Positions 51,997 through 60,125 of a stretch of DNA of 64,000 nt are shown here, piece by piece. Made by a program: the position numbers and the translations under genes. The DNA is taken from positions 167,460 to 231,459 of IMG/VR virus record IMGVR_UViG_3300013121_000027; one strand, 5' to 3'. Source of the DNA: a virus. Taxonomy: Duplodnaviria; Caudoviricetes. Position 1 is the first letter of the stretch; each line of letters begins with the position of its first letter. The notes beneath the pieces are model-generated. The model ran no database searches. It worked only from the letters and a program-made list of their open reading frames with translations, and was not told the DNA's origin.

Positions 51997-52283
51997 GGAT
52001 CCCGCTTTCAAAAAAACTTTATTCTTGTATTCATAGTACTTATGCTTTAGCGTTTAGGCATAGCACAAAAACCCCTCCCCTGCGACACCACCTTCGCAGG
52101 ACCAAACTTGGGGACAAGATATACGGAATTACACATTAAACACAATTGCTAATTAAGCCGTTTCCGGCGTTCCTTTCCGTAAAGGCTTCACTCAAGCAAC
52201 TTCATGCTTGTTAAGTTTCTCTACGAAGCTGGAATCGTACCGCTCCAGCACGGTTTTTGCAAAACGTATTATAACAGAAGGTA

Positions 52284-52637
52284 TTATCTCTTGTCTACCA
52301 CTTTATCAAAGATGACATGTGCCCATTCTGCAATGACATCTTCTTTGTTCTCTGTTTCGTCCTCAAGATAAAATTCTTTTTCCTCTATAGAACAATTATG
52401 TCTCATAGCTACTAAATTAGCTTGAGGAAGATTTTCTCTATGGATGACAACAGATAAATGATTTACGTGTTTTAGTTCTTCATCTATTCTTCCCATTTCC
52501 CATCCAGCCACGTATGCTCCGTCTTCAAATGATCCGCCGTTAGACTTAGTCGCAATAAACGGCATAATCAATTCATAATTAGATTCGGTCATTTCTATCT
52601 TCCTTGTCCTTATCCTTTTTGACATGATTTTCGACAA
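52284..52637 (-). CDS. Hypothetical protein
   Basis: ORF track; start uncertain. Confidence 0.5.
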   Translation of the reverse strand: MSKIMSKRIRTRKIEMTESNYELIMPFIATKSNGGSFEDGAYVAGWEMGRIDEELKHVNHLSVVIHRENLPQANLVAMRHNCSIEEKEFYLEDETENKEDVIAEWAHVIFDKVVDKR

Positions 52638-52709
52638 TAATTAATTCATCCTTTTTAGAAGGCAAAGGCATACCAAATGATATATGGTTTGGGAATTCTT
52701 CAACTAAAT

Positions 52710-52961
52710 TCATTTCTTACTTCCAAATGTATCTTTTTGAATCGCGCCCAATAACTTGAGCACAACTAACGATACACGCTGTCGTAAACTACGTGGTTTG
52801 TCAATAGTTGCTTGTGCGTGCGCGCAACACACCAACTCATATATCGGTGTATTGCCAACCATTGCGTCAAGTACTTGGTGAGTAGCGGGTATTTTACAGC
52901 CGGGAATGGTACAGTATGACTCCTGGTCCCAATCACATGGGGATATATCTTGTTTAGTCAT
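52710..52961 (-). CDS. Hypothetical Cys-rich protein
   Basis: ORF track. Confidence 0.5.
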   Translation of the reverse strand: MTKQDISPCDWDQESYCTIPGCKIPATHQVLDAMVGNTPIYELVCCAHAQATIDKPRSLRQRVSLVVLKLLGAIQKDTFGSKK

Positions 52962-52964
52962 TCT

Positions 52965-53399
52965 TTAACCCCTTTTTCTAATAATTCCATCATCATCATC
53001 ATCTTTACAAAACTCAAAGTTGGACTTAGGATCTAGTAATCTATTCCTTGTCGTAGCCCCTTTGGCGGATGGCTGATTTTCAGATTTTATCTCATAGAGA
53101 GCAAACGGATACGGAGAACTATGCTTCACATAACCAGAATCACCAAACGGTGCTGCTGTGCCAAGAACAATTTCCGCACAATCCCAATACCCTCTCTTAC
53201 TAACCGCAATTAATCCCGCCCCACAAATACATCTATCAAATGCTGAATAGATATGATTTGAGCTTTCGTGTTCGACTTCCTTTTTGATTATAGCAAGGCG
53301 TCGATGATTTACAAAATTTTCAACTTTTTGCCAAAACCTTTTCCTCAATCCCATAGACCTGCTCTCCAATCTGTATATAATCTTTCTATCCTCGGACAA
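52965..53399 (-). CDS. Hypothetical protein
   Basis: RCICGAGL...YWDC...YEIKSE; start uncertain. Confidence 0.5.
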   Translation of the reverse strand: MSEDRKIIYRLESRSMGLRKRFWQKVENFVNHRRLAIIKKEVEHESSNHIYSAFDRCICGAGLIAVSKRGYWDCAEIVLGTAAPFGDSGYVKHSSPYPFALYEIKSENQPSAKGATTRNRLLDPKSNFEFCKDDDDDGIIRKRG

Positions 53400-53574
53400 T
53401 CAGTCTGTCGAGTCTTAAAAATCCCCCAAAACCTTACTAAATCATTCACGGTATTGATTTGGTTTTCCAACATCCATAGTGCTGGTCCTAAGTCTTGTTC
53501 TATGAGAGGATTTTTCATGAAATTTCTTTTCTTTAGTGTTGCAAATTTTCAACTTTCATAGTATATTTTATCAC

Positions 53575-53808
53575 ATGACCACTTCAAATACCACTGGTAC
53601 TGTAAGCGCCAGCACCGCTGCCAGAAAACTGTCTCGTCTGAATACCCTCACTGAGTTCGTTGAAAAAGTAGATGTTGCTATTCTTGGTGAAGAGCCTCAA
53701 ATGCGCAAGGAACTTCAACGAGTTAGAAAACTTGCTATTGATGAAATGCGTACTCTTCGTATTGAATTAGATAAAATAGCTCATCAAAAAAACGAAAATA
53801 TGGTATAA
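53575..53808 (+). CDS. Hypothetical helical protein
   Basis: First plus-strand ORF, upstream of recA; probable start MTTSN. Confidence 0.5.
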   Translation: MTTSNTTGTVSASTAARKLSRLNTLTEFVEKVDVAILGEEPQMRKELQRVRKLAIDEMRTLRIELDKIAHQKNENMV

Positions 53809-53819
53809 TAGTAGTTATT

Positions 53820-54812
53820 ATGAAAGACATTGACACACAAGCATTACATTTAGCTATTGCTAAGTTAGATAAAGAATTTGGCAAAAATACTGTTATTTTT
53901 GGCAATGCATTACCTGATAAGGTTGATGTTGTTCCTACTGGTAATTTTAAGTTAGACTTGGCATTAGGTGTTGGGGGATTTCCAAAAGGTCGTATTATTG
54001 AATTATTTGGTGCAGAGGCTTTGGGAAAATCACTATTATCTCTCTCAGCAGTTGCTGAATGTCAAGCTATGGGTGGTTTAGCGGCATACTTGGATGTTGA
54101 ATGTGATTTAGATCCAGATTGGGCAACTAAGTTAGGGGTTAATCTTGATGATTTGGTTTTGGCGCAACCTGAATATGGGGAGCAGACCTTTACAATACTG
54201 CATGACCTTATTAAGACTAATCTTTTTGATTTAATTGTGGTGGATTCTGTTGCTGCTATGACGCCTAAAGCAGAGCTTGAAGGTGAAATGGAGGACCAAC
54301 AAGTTGGTGCACAGGCACGTATGATGGCTAAGGGTTTGCGGAAAACTCGACATGCAGTCTTAGAGGCTAAGACTTGTGTTATCTTTATTAACCAAATTAG
54401 AGATAAAATAGGATTTATGCAGACTGGTACCACTTCACCTGGTGGTAGAGCATTGAAATTTGCAGCTTCTGTGAGAATCGAATTGAAACGTATGGGAGAT
54501 GCGAAAAATTCTAAGCAAGAAGTGGTTGGAACTAAGGTTAAGGCTTTAATTCTTAAAAATAAGGTAGCAAGACCAATGAGAGCCTTAGAGTTTGATGTTT
54601 TGCATGGTGTGGGATTTTCTAATTTTGGAATGATCTTGGATTTAGCTGAGAAACATGGGTTAATAAATAAAAAGGGTGGCGGTTATTACTATAAGATAGG
54701 AGAAGATAAGTCCTTTGCTCAAGGCGAAGCTGCTGCTATTGAATATCTTGCTTCCGATTTAGAGTGGGTTGAAGAACTTAAGAAAAATATAACAGAGAAA
54801 GAACTAGCATGA
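53820..54812 (+). CDS. recA: RecA recombinase
   Basis: LDLALGVGGFPKGRIIE, VVDSVAA, GAQARMM, FINQIRDKIG, PGGRALKF and KNKVA. Walker A is the variant GAEALGKS. TGGTATAAT extended -10 at 53801-53809. Confidence 0.97.
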   Translation: MKDIDTQALHLAIAKLDKEFGKNTVIFGNALPDKVDVVPTGNFKLDLALGVGGFPKGRIIELFGAEALGKSLLSLSAVAECQAMGGLAAYLDVECDLDPDWATKLGVNLDDLVLAQPEYGEQTFTILHDLIKTNLFDLIVVDSVAAMTPKAELEGEMEDQQVGAQARMMAKGLRKTRHAVLEAKTCVIFINQIRDKIGFMQTGTTSPGGRALKFAASVRIELKRMGDAKNSKQEVVGTKVKALILKNKVARPMRALEFDVLHGVGFSNFGMILDLAEKHGLINKKGGGYYYKIGEDKSFAQGEAAAIEYLASDLEWVEELKKNITEKELA

Positions 54813-54914
54813 TAAGTGAGGAAACTTGTCCGTACTGTGATTCTTGGAATATAAGGATTGCGGAAACTTGTTTTTGTAGGGATTGCGGAGAAAAATGGAG
54901 AGAGGGGGTCTCTG

Positions 54915-55460
54915 ATGAGAAAACAAGTGATTCATTATGGGACTTCAACGAACAACTCCGTCTTGACTACTCCGACGAAACTAGTTGAATTCTTAGATAA
55001 ACGTATTCATCTACAGATACAACAGCTACACGATGTATTTACGCATTGCGGAAAATCAGCTGTTGGTCTTGCGTCGAATCAAATAGGTAATGATAGCAGA
55101 ATATTCATCTATTTTGATGAACAGACGTCTACAAATAAAATTGTGATCAATCCTATGATAGTTTTTGGGAATGATGAGGTCATAGAAATGGAAGGATGTC
55201 TATCCTTTCCTAATATGTGGACTCCTGTGAAGAGATTTAAAGAAATTCAAGTGACATATGTGGATTTTCTTAGTTTAGAAGATAAAATAATAGAGGTAAA
55301 TGGCTTCAAATCAAGATTGTTTCAGCATGAAATAGAACACTTGATGGGAGAACTGTTTATTCAAAATCTCTCCGGAGAGGAAAAAGATGAATTCTTGGCT
55401 CGATATGCACGAATTAATAGACTTACCAAGGATAACGCAAGACGATATCGTTCCAGATGA
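54915..55460 (+). CDS. def: Peptide deformylase
   Basis: VGLASNQIG, EGCLS and QHEIEHL.G motifs. Confidence 0.92.
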   Translation: MRKQVIHYGTSTNNSVLTTPTKLVEFLDKRIHLQIQQLHDVFTHCGKSAVGLASNQIGNDSRIFIYFDEQTSTNKIVINPMIVFGNDEVIEMEGCLSFPNMWTPVKRFKEIQVTYVDFLSLEDKIIEVNGFKSRLFQHEIEHLMGELFIQNLSGEEKDEFLARYARINRLTKDNARRYRSR

Positions 55461-55686
55461 CTCAACTCATCTCATCTATGTGCGTAATACAGAGGATTCA
55501 CACCTTTCGGCTGCCTATGTTCCTATTGTTCTGGCTGGTTACCAGTGGGATTTTATATGGTGGATTTATCGACTTGATGTTGATTTGGGGGAAGTTGAAA
55601 AGGAAGCTTTGTCCTTCGATATGTTCCTACTTGAATACGTTGAGGGCATATTTAAAGAGTACGTGAAGAGAAAGAAACGAATGTAG
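55387..55686 (+). CDS. Hypothetical protein
   Basis: ORF ending before the terminator; start uncertain. Confidence 0.45.
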   Translation: MNSWLDMHELIDLPRITQDDIVPDDSTHLIYVRNTEDSHLSAAYVPIVLAGYQWDFIWWIYRLDVDLGEVEKEALSFDMFLLEYVEGIFKEYVKRKKRM

Positions 55687-55709
55687 CGCTGAATAATAGC
55701 TCATTAATT

Positions 55710-55748
55710 AAGGACCATCTTAGAGTAAAATCTAAGGTGGTCTTTTTT
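55710..55748 (+). terminator. Intrinsic terminator
   Basis: AAGGACCATCTTAGA-GTAAAA-TCTAAGGTGGTCTT followed by a T run. Confidence 0.85.
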
Positions 55749-55987
55749 ATTATTATCGTATAACATGTTGAAAAAAATATTAGAAAAAATTTTGAAAAAC
55801 CGGAAAGATATAACCCCTAAATAACCCAGAATTTTCTATAAAATTTATGGGGGGAACAGGTTGAGTATCGTCATCAAGACGAAATCTTAACTTGCCCACC
55901 GGAGTATGGGGCTATCAATAATACATACACGCAGTACAGTACGTAGTACTCTATACGTACACATACATTACCCTAAAGGAGGGTATC

Positions 55988-56683
55988 ATGTTTAAGGCAT
56001 TCATCATTGCACTGATGGCATCACTCACCATCAACGTACACACGGCTACCGCTACTGAGCAGTATGACCTGTGTGATCTGACCGTGGTGTTGGGGGATTC
56101 ACTGATCTCCCGCTCACCCATCGTGTATGCGGAGGCATTCGCCAACTTGGGGATTGATGCATTGATCCTCAGTGGTGCAGGTCGGGCGATTGATTTCCCT
56201 GATGTGCAGAACGACAACACCATCACCTGGGTGAAGGATGGACACATTGGTACATTGGTGTCCTACAATACTCACATGAGCGGTATCGAGTCGGTTGAGT
56301 TCGCTCGCCGTGCATACCCGAACAAGGATTTGTGCTGGGTTGTTGCACTTGGTACCAATGATGCAGCACACCTGCCCGAGTCGTGGTGGGATGCAGATAT
56401 CGACAAGATGACCACTGCATTGGGTGGCGATCTGGCGTTGTGGATCCCCATCTACATGGACAGCAAGGAGTGGGACGGTTACACTCCTGAGGTAGCAGAA
56501 GCATGGCATACTCGTTTCTACTACAACCATGACATCATGGCGATCTCATTGTGGGATGAATTCGCCAGCGCCAACGCAGAAGCTGTCCTGTCTGATGATG
56601 GTGTGCACTTGACCGAGTATGGTTCGTGGGCGCGTGCGCTGTACATCGCCAGCGGTACCACCGGTTGGTACAACATCGACTGA
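55988..56683 (+). CDS. Secreted SGNH/GDSL hydrolase-family protein
   Basis: Signal peptide; blocks LGDSL, G, LGTND and DGVHL. Confidence 0.85.
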   Translation: MFKAFIIALMASLTINVHTATATEQYDLCDLTVVLGDSLISRSPIVYAEAFANLGIDALILSGAGRAIDFPDVQNDNTITWVKDGHIGTLVSYNTHMSGIESVEFARRAYPNKDLCWVVALGTNDAAHLPESWWDADIDKMTTALGGDLALWIPIYMDSKEWDGYTPEVAEAWHTRFYYNHDIMAISLWDEFASANAEAVLSDDGVHLTEYGSWARALYIASGTTGWYNID

Positions 56684-56772
56684 TATATGTACCCACTGCG
56701 TACAAGATGTAACCCGGCTTGTACGTAGTGATGTATGTGTATTGGACACATGCAAAAATAGGAGGAAAAGCA

Positions 56773-57024
56773 ATGACACAGCACACGTATGCTGTAGTGT
56801 TGGTTACCCTGCTCATAGTGGGTGGTGGTGTAGGCACGTTGGTGTGCACGTACATCATCATGCGCCCCATCATGGCTGCACGTAGGGCGGCGCGGTTGGA
56901 GGCATGGGAGCGTCAGGCTCGCCTCATCCGTATCGTGCAGGCGTACCAGGATGACCTGCAGTACAGGAAGGCACGTTGCAAAGAATTGGCTGAACAAGTT
57001 GCTCGTATGGAGCGTGTGAAGTAG
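56773..57024 (+). CDS. Small membrane protein
   Basis: GGAGG RBS; N-terminal TM helix followed by a coiled coil. Confidence 0.65.
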   Translation: MTQHTYAVVLVTLLIVGGGVGTLVCTYIIMRPIMAARRAARLEAWERQARLIRIVQAYQDDLQYRKARCKELAEQVARMERVK

Positions 57025-57030
57025 TAATAC

Positions 57031-57085
57031 TACCCTTACCCTACAATGGTGTAGGTACATACAGGTTCGATTCCTGGTAAGGGTA
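57031..57085 (+). ncRNA. tRNA-like element lacking an anticodon arm (copy 1)
   Basis: TACCCTTAC/GTAAGGGTA stem, CCTAC-AATGGT-GTAGG arm, CAGG-TTCGATT-CCTG T-arm. Confidence 0.6.
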
Positions 57086-57135
57086 CTGCAGTTTGTATGT
57101 TCTGCCGGAAAAACATATAAAGGAGAGTAAGTGTC

Positions 57136-57303
57136 ATGTTGTTCTTCATTGCAACTTGTGACACCTGCGGAATGGACGTGTATGTTCGCGTCCTCGATGC
57201 TGACAAGGAGCATGCTCTGAGCCACGGTACCGTTCTGTGCGAGAACGAGTTGAAGTGGCGCTGGTACACCGTACCCGCCGACGTCAAGTACGTCCGGAAG
57301 TAA
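57136..57303 (+). CDS. Small CxxC protein (55 aa)
   Basis: AAGGAG RBS; hand-translated MLFFIATCDTCG... Confidence 0.65.
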   Translation: MLFFIATCDTCGMDVYVRVLDADKEHALSHGTVLCENELKWRWYTVPADVKYVRK

Positions 57304-57312
57304 TAAGAGGTA

Positions 57313-57361
57313 GCCCTTCCCCAGTGGTGGGTAGACACATGGTTCGACTCCATGGTGGGGC
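57313..57361 (+). ncRNA. tRNA-like element lacking an anticodon arm (copy 2)
   Basis: GCCCTTC/GTGGGGC stem, CCC-AGTGGT-GGG arm, CATGG-TTCGACT-CCATG T-arm. Confidence 0.6.
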
Positions 57362-57404
57362 ACAGCGTCTTGCGTATACGCACAAATACGCTAAAGGAGA
57401 GATC

Positions 57405-57563
57405 ATGGCTTACACCTTCACTCCTACTGATCCCGAGCCCGTGTACGAAGAAGAGAAGAGCTTCGTCGTGCAGGTTTGCCGTGGCTCGGGCAAGTCGGGT
57501 CGAGTGGACTTCACTATGCGTGAGGTCTTGAAGTCGATGAAGAACGCTCCTACCAGCAAGTGA
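57405..57563 (+). CDS. Small hypothetical protein (52 aa)
   Basis: AAGGAG RBS; MAYTFTP... Confidence 0.65.
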   Translation: MAYTFTPTDPEPVYEEEKSFVVQVCRGSGKSGRVDFTMREVLKSMKNAPTSK

Positions 57564-57689
57564 TCTGGTAAGAGTAGGTTTTGCGGGATTTCCTGAAACT
57601 GAATAATCCCGTCCCCTTCATTATATTCATTTATGGTGGAGGGACTGCGTTTAACGTCTACGCTCAAAGACGTAAAAGGAGAAAAGGAA

Positions 57690-57947
57690 ATGTTGCGTTT
57701 CCAGCACCCGTACGGCGGCATCTGCACCGTCATCGGTGAATTCACCCCGCAGGAAATCATGGACTGGCTGATCAAGAGCCAGATCCCGGCGATGTACCTC
57801 TGCGCCCTGCAGGACGGCATGCGCTACAACCTGACCGACCCGTTCGGGATGAAGATCCTCGACATCATCGAGAAGGACCGCGAGATCCTGGTCTACAGCC
57901 AGGGCAAGGGCAACCCCATGGTGCGCTTGGAGGTGATCAACAAGTAG
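57690..57947 (+). CDS. Small hypothetical protein (85 aa)
   Basis: AAGGAG RBS; GC3-rich codons. Confidence 0.7.
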   Translation: MLRFQHPYGGICTVIGEFTPQEIMDWLIKSQIPAMYLCALQDGMRYNLTDPFGMKILDIIEKDREILVYSQGKGNPMVRLEVINK

Positions 57948-57953
57948 AGAGGG

Positions 57954-58010
57954 AAAAACTGAGAGTGAGGGGATTGGCGAAATTCGTCAGTCCCTTCCTC
58001 TGAGCTTTTT
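57954..58010 (+). repeat. Intergenic long-hairpin repeat, copy 1
   Basis: GAGAGTGAGGGGAT...TCCCTTCCTCTGAGCTT is shared with 58409-58466. Confidence 0.75.
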
Positions 58011-58110
58011 GCTCATGACGTGTCCATAGCGTCATAAAATAAGTATGGAAAGACCCTGCTCACAGCGCGGCAGTAACTTAGTGCTGTACTGTTCTAATGG
58101 AGGAACAGTC

Positions 58111-58413
58111 ATGTCGAAGAACCAGAACACCAACGGTCAGCAGAAGTCCTCCAAGGGCGGCTGCAAGAAGCACATGTCGGGCAACCGTAAGAGCGACGTC
58201 GCCAAGGCGGGCAAGCGCTCCCGCAACCGTGGCGAGAACCAGGGCAAGAACCACGTCACCACGACGGAGTTCCTGGTCCGTCAGGGCATGGGCAAGACCG
58301 TCAACATGATGCCGGTGGTCCAGCAGCACACGATCCCGCAGGAGCTCATCAAGGTCATGCACATCGAGACCGAGATCGCCCGCAAGGTCAACGCGTCCTG
58401 GCTGAACAGCTGA
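58111..58413 (+). CDS. Basic hypothetical protein (100 aa)
   Basis: GGAGG RBS; Lys/Arg-rich N-half. Confidence 0.7.
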   Translation: MSKNQNTNGQQKSSKGGCKKHMSGNRKSDVAKAGKRSRNRGENQGKNHVTTTEFLVRQGMGKTVNMMPVVQQHTIPQELIKVMHIETEIARKVNASWLNS

Positions 58414-58466
58414 TCAGTTGAGAGTGAGGGGATGGTGCGATCATCCCTTCCTCTGAGCTTATCAGC
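58409..58466 (+). repeat. Intergenic long-hairpin repeat, copy 2
   Basis: Same flanks as copy 1, with a different but fully paired apical stem. Confidence 0.75.
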
Positions 58467-58497
58467 CCGATAGCTCAACATGATTCAAAGGAGGATC

Positions 58498-58632
58498 ATG
58501 GACAGGAATGGAAAGACAACTGTTGCCGAATTGGCAGCAATGATGAAGATGACGCGTGAGGTGCAGCTGTTGCAGATCGCAAGGATCAGGCAGTTCATCG
58601 AGACCATCAACCAGAGAGGAGCAAGGTCATGA
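58498..58632 (+). CDS. Small protein (44 aa), possible HTH fragment
   Basis: AAGGAGG RBS; TVAELAAMMKMTRE; ATGA coupling to the next gene. Confidence 0.55.
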   Translation: MDRNGKTTVAELAAMMKMTREVQLLQIARIRQFIETINQRGARS

Positions 58633-59234
58633 GGTGCTCAGCTATGATCAAAAAGCCTGGTGATGAGTTCTATCACCAGTGTCCGAAGAGTGCGACGAGG
58701 TTTGGGTTTTGCGGAACCCACCTCATGAACTGGGAGCCCCCAGTGAAGACACCGCGTAACGTGCCCAGCTACACGGTCTGTCGTCCACCACGTAGACTCA
58801 CGTTCCGACTGATTCCCGAGTCGAAGATCGTGCGTCACAGTTGGTGGTTGCGTCAAGAGATCGTCACGGCGGCGGCGCGCTGTGTCGAAATGAAGCGCAA
58901 CCATGGCATCGACTGGCACAACTACGAGGTGGCGACTCGTAAGCGTGAGGCAGAATTGCAGAGGTTGAGGGAGGCAAACACCATCCACTGCAAGGAATGT
59001 GGTGAACTCCTCACCGAAGGCGCTTCTGCCATGCGTGATCGGTACATCACGCCGCGTCAGCACTACTTCATCGTGCGACTGGTGAATTCTCGCCAGTTAG
59101 ATGTTGATCGCAAGATGTTGATCATGGAGCGTCTGGCTACCCACGATCGTCTGTGGGCACTCAAGGCGATCCATCAGCTGCTGAAGCACACACCAGTCAT
59201 CGATACCTTCGAGTTGGAGGCTGAGCCCTTCTGA
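58629..59234 (+). CDS. Hypothetical protein with Cys/His Zn-binding motifs
   Basis: C...C...FCGTH and HCKECG. Confidence 0.65.
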   Translation: MRCSAMIKKPGDEFYHQCPKSATRFGFCGTHLMNWEPPVKTPRNVPSYTVCRPPRRLTFRLIPESKIVRHSWWLRQEIVTAAARCVEMKRNHGIDWHNYEVATRKREAELQRLREANTIHCKECGELLTEGASAMRDRYITPRQHYFIVRLVNSRQLDVDRKMLIMERLATHDRLWALKAIHQLLKHTPVIDTFELEAEPF

Positions 59235-59329
59235 CATGAAGGCACTGAGAGTGGATAGTGCGATTATCCACTCAATTGTGTTTTTGTGCAATCCCGCATG
59301 AGACACACATCCATAAGGAGGGATGTAAA

Positions 59330-60001
59330 ATGAAGTGTGGTATCAAAGTCAACAACCGTCAGTGCAAGAACAACGTCGTAAGCGGTCTGACCATCGGAGT
59401 CCTCGATTCCGTGGTGTACTGCTGCAGCAGCCACTACAAGAAGTACGCCAATGTGGACGCCATCAACGTCCCGGTGTACACCAGCACCAAGAAGGTCACC
59501 CCCAAGGAGGAGATCATGAACAAGGAAGATATGCCGTTCCACGGACACTGCGACTGTGGTGGCTGCACGACTGTAGCCGAAGCGGAAGCCTGCCACGCTG
59601 AAATGGTTGCGAGAGTCGAAGAAGAAATCAACACCACCACCAAGAAGGAGGAGACCATGAAGACCGACATCGGCATCTTCACCATCAACTACCACGAGAA
59701 GGGGACGGTCAAGTGCATCAAGTGCAGCAAGGAACTGCCCATCAGTGATCCCGAGGGCAACTGGGAGCGTGGTGCGTTCCACTCCATCGAGGATCTGCGC
59801 AAGTGCCTCGGTGCTGCTCCTGCACCCGCCAACCCCCACAACGCGCTCATCAACGAGTGGGAAGCCAAGGACGGGACCAAGATGGTGAGTGAGTGGTACG
59901 CCAACGCCCACCTCGCCAACAAGCGCTGCCTGGAACTCCGCAAGGGCTATGTCAAGCCTGCGAAGAAGGGCAACGGTCACTGGGTGCACTACGCCAAGTG
60001 A
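59330..60001 (+). CDS. Modular Zn-finger protein (223 aa)
   Basis: AAGGAGG RBS; three Cys/His clusters. Confidence 0.7.
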   Translation: MKCGIKVNNRQCKNNVVSGLTIGVLDSVVYCCSSHYKKYANVDAINVPVYTSTKKVTPKEEIMNKEDMPFHGHCDCGGCTTVAEAEACHAEMVARVEEEINTTTKKEETMKTDIGIFTINYHEKGTVKCIKCSKELPISDPEGNWERGAFHSIEDLRKCLGAAPAPANPHNALINEWEAKDGTKMVSEWYANAHLANKRCLELRKGYVKPAKKGNGHWVHYAK

Positions 60002-60125
60002 TTCAGCCGTGCTGAGCATCACGCAAAAAGGCTTCGGGTGTTGCGTAAGTGGGAATTCGCAGCCCACCACCCGCTATATTCACATAATCCCGTGTGGATA
60101 TAAGACAAGATTCATAGGAGGAATC

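Noticed and set aside
57031-57361. Calling the TTCGA elements true tRNA genes
   Set aside because: They have no anticodon arm, are only ~50 nt long and lack CCA.
60002-60075. Pistol, twister or HDV ribozyme in the RNAP leader
   Set aside because: The required conserved core nucleotides and stem order could not be matched by eye.
59889-60125. ORF-track start of the 975-aa protein
   Set aside because: It overlaps the upstream gene and the structured leader. The strong SD supports ATG 60126.
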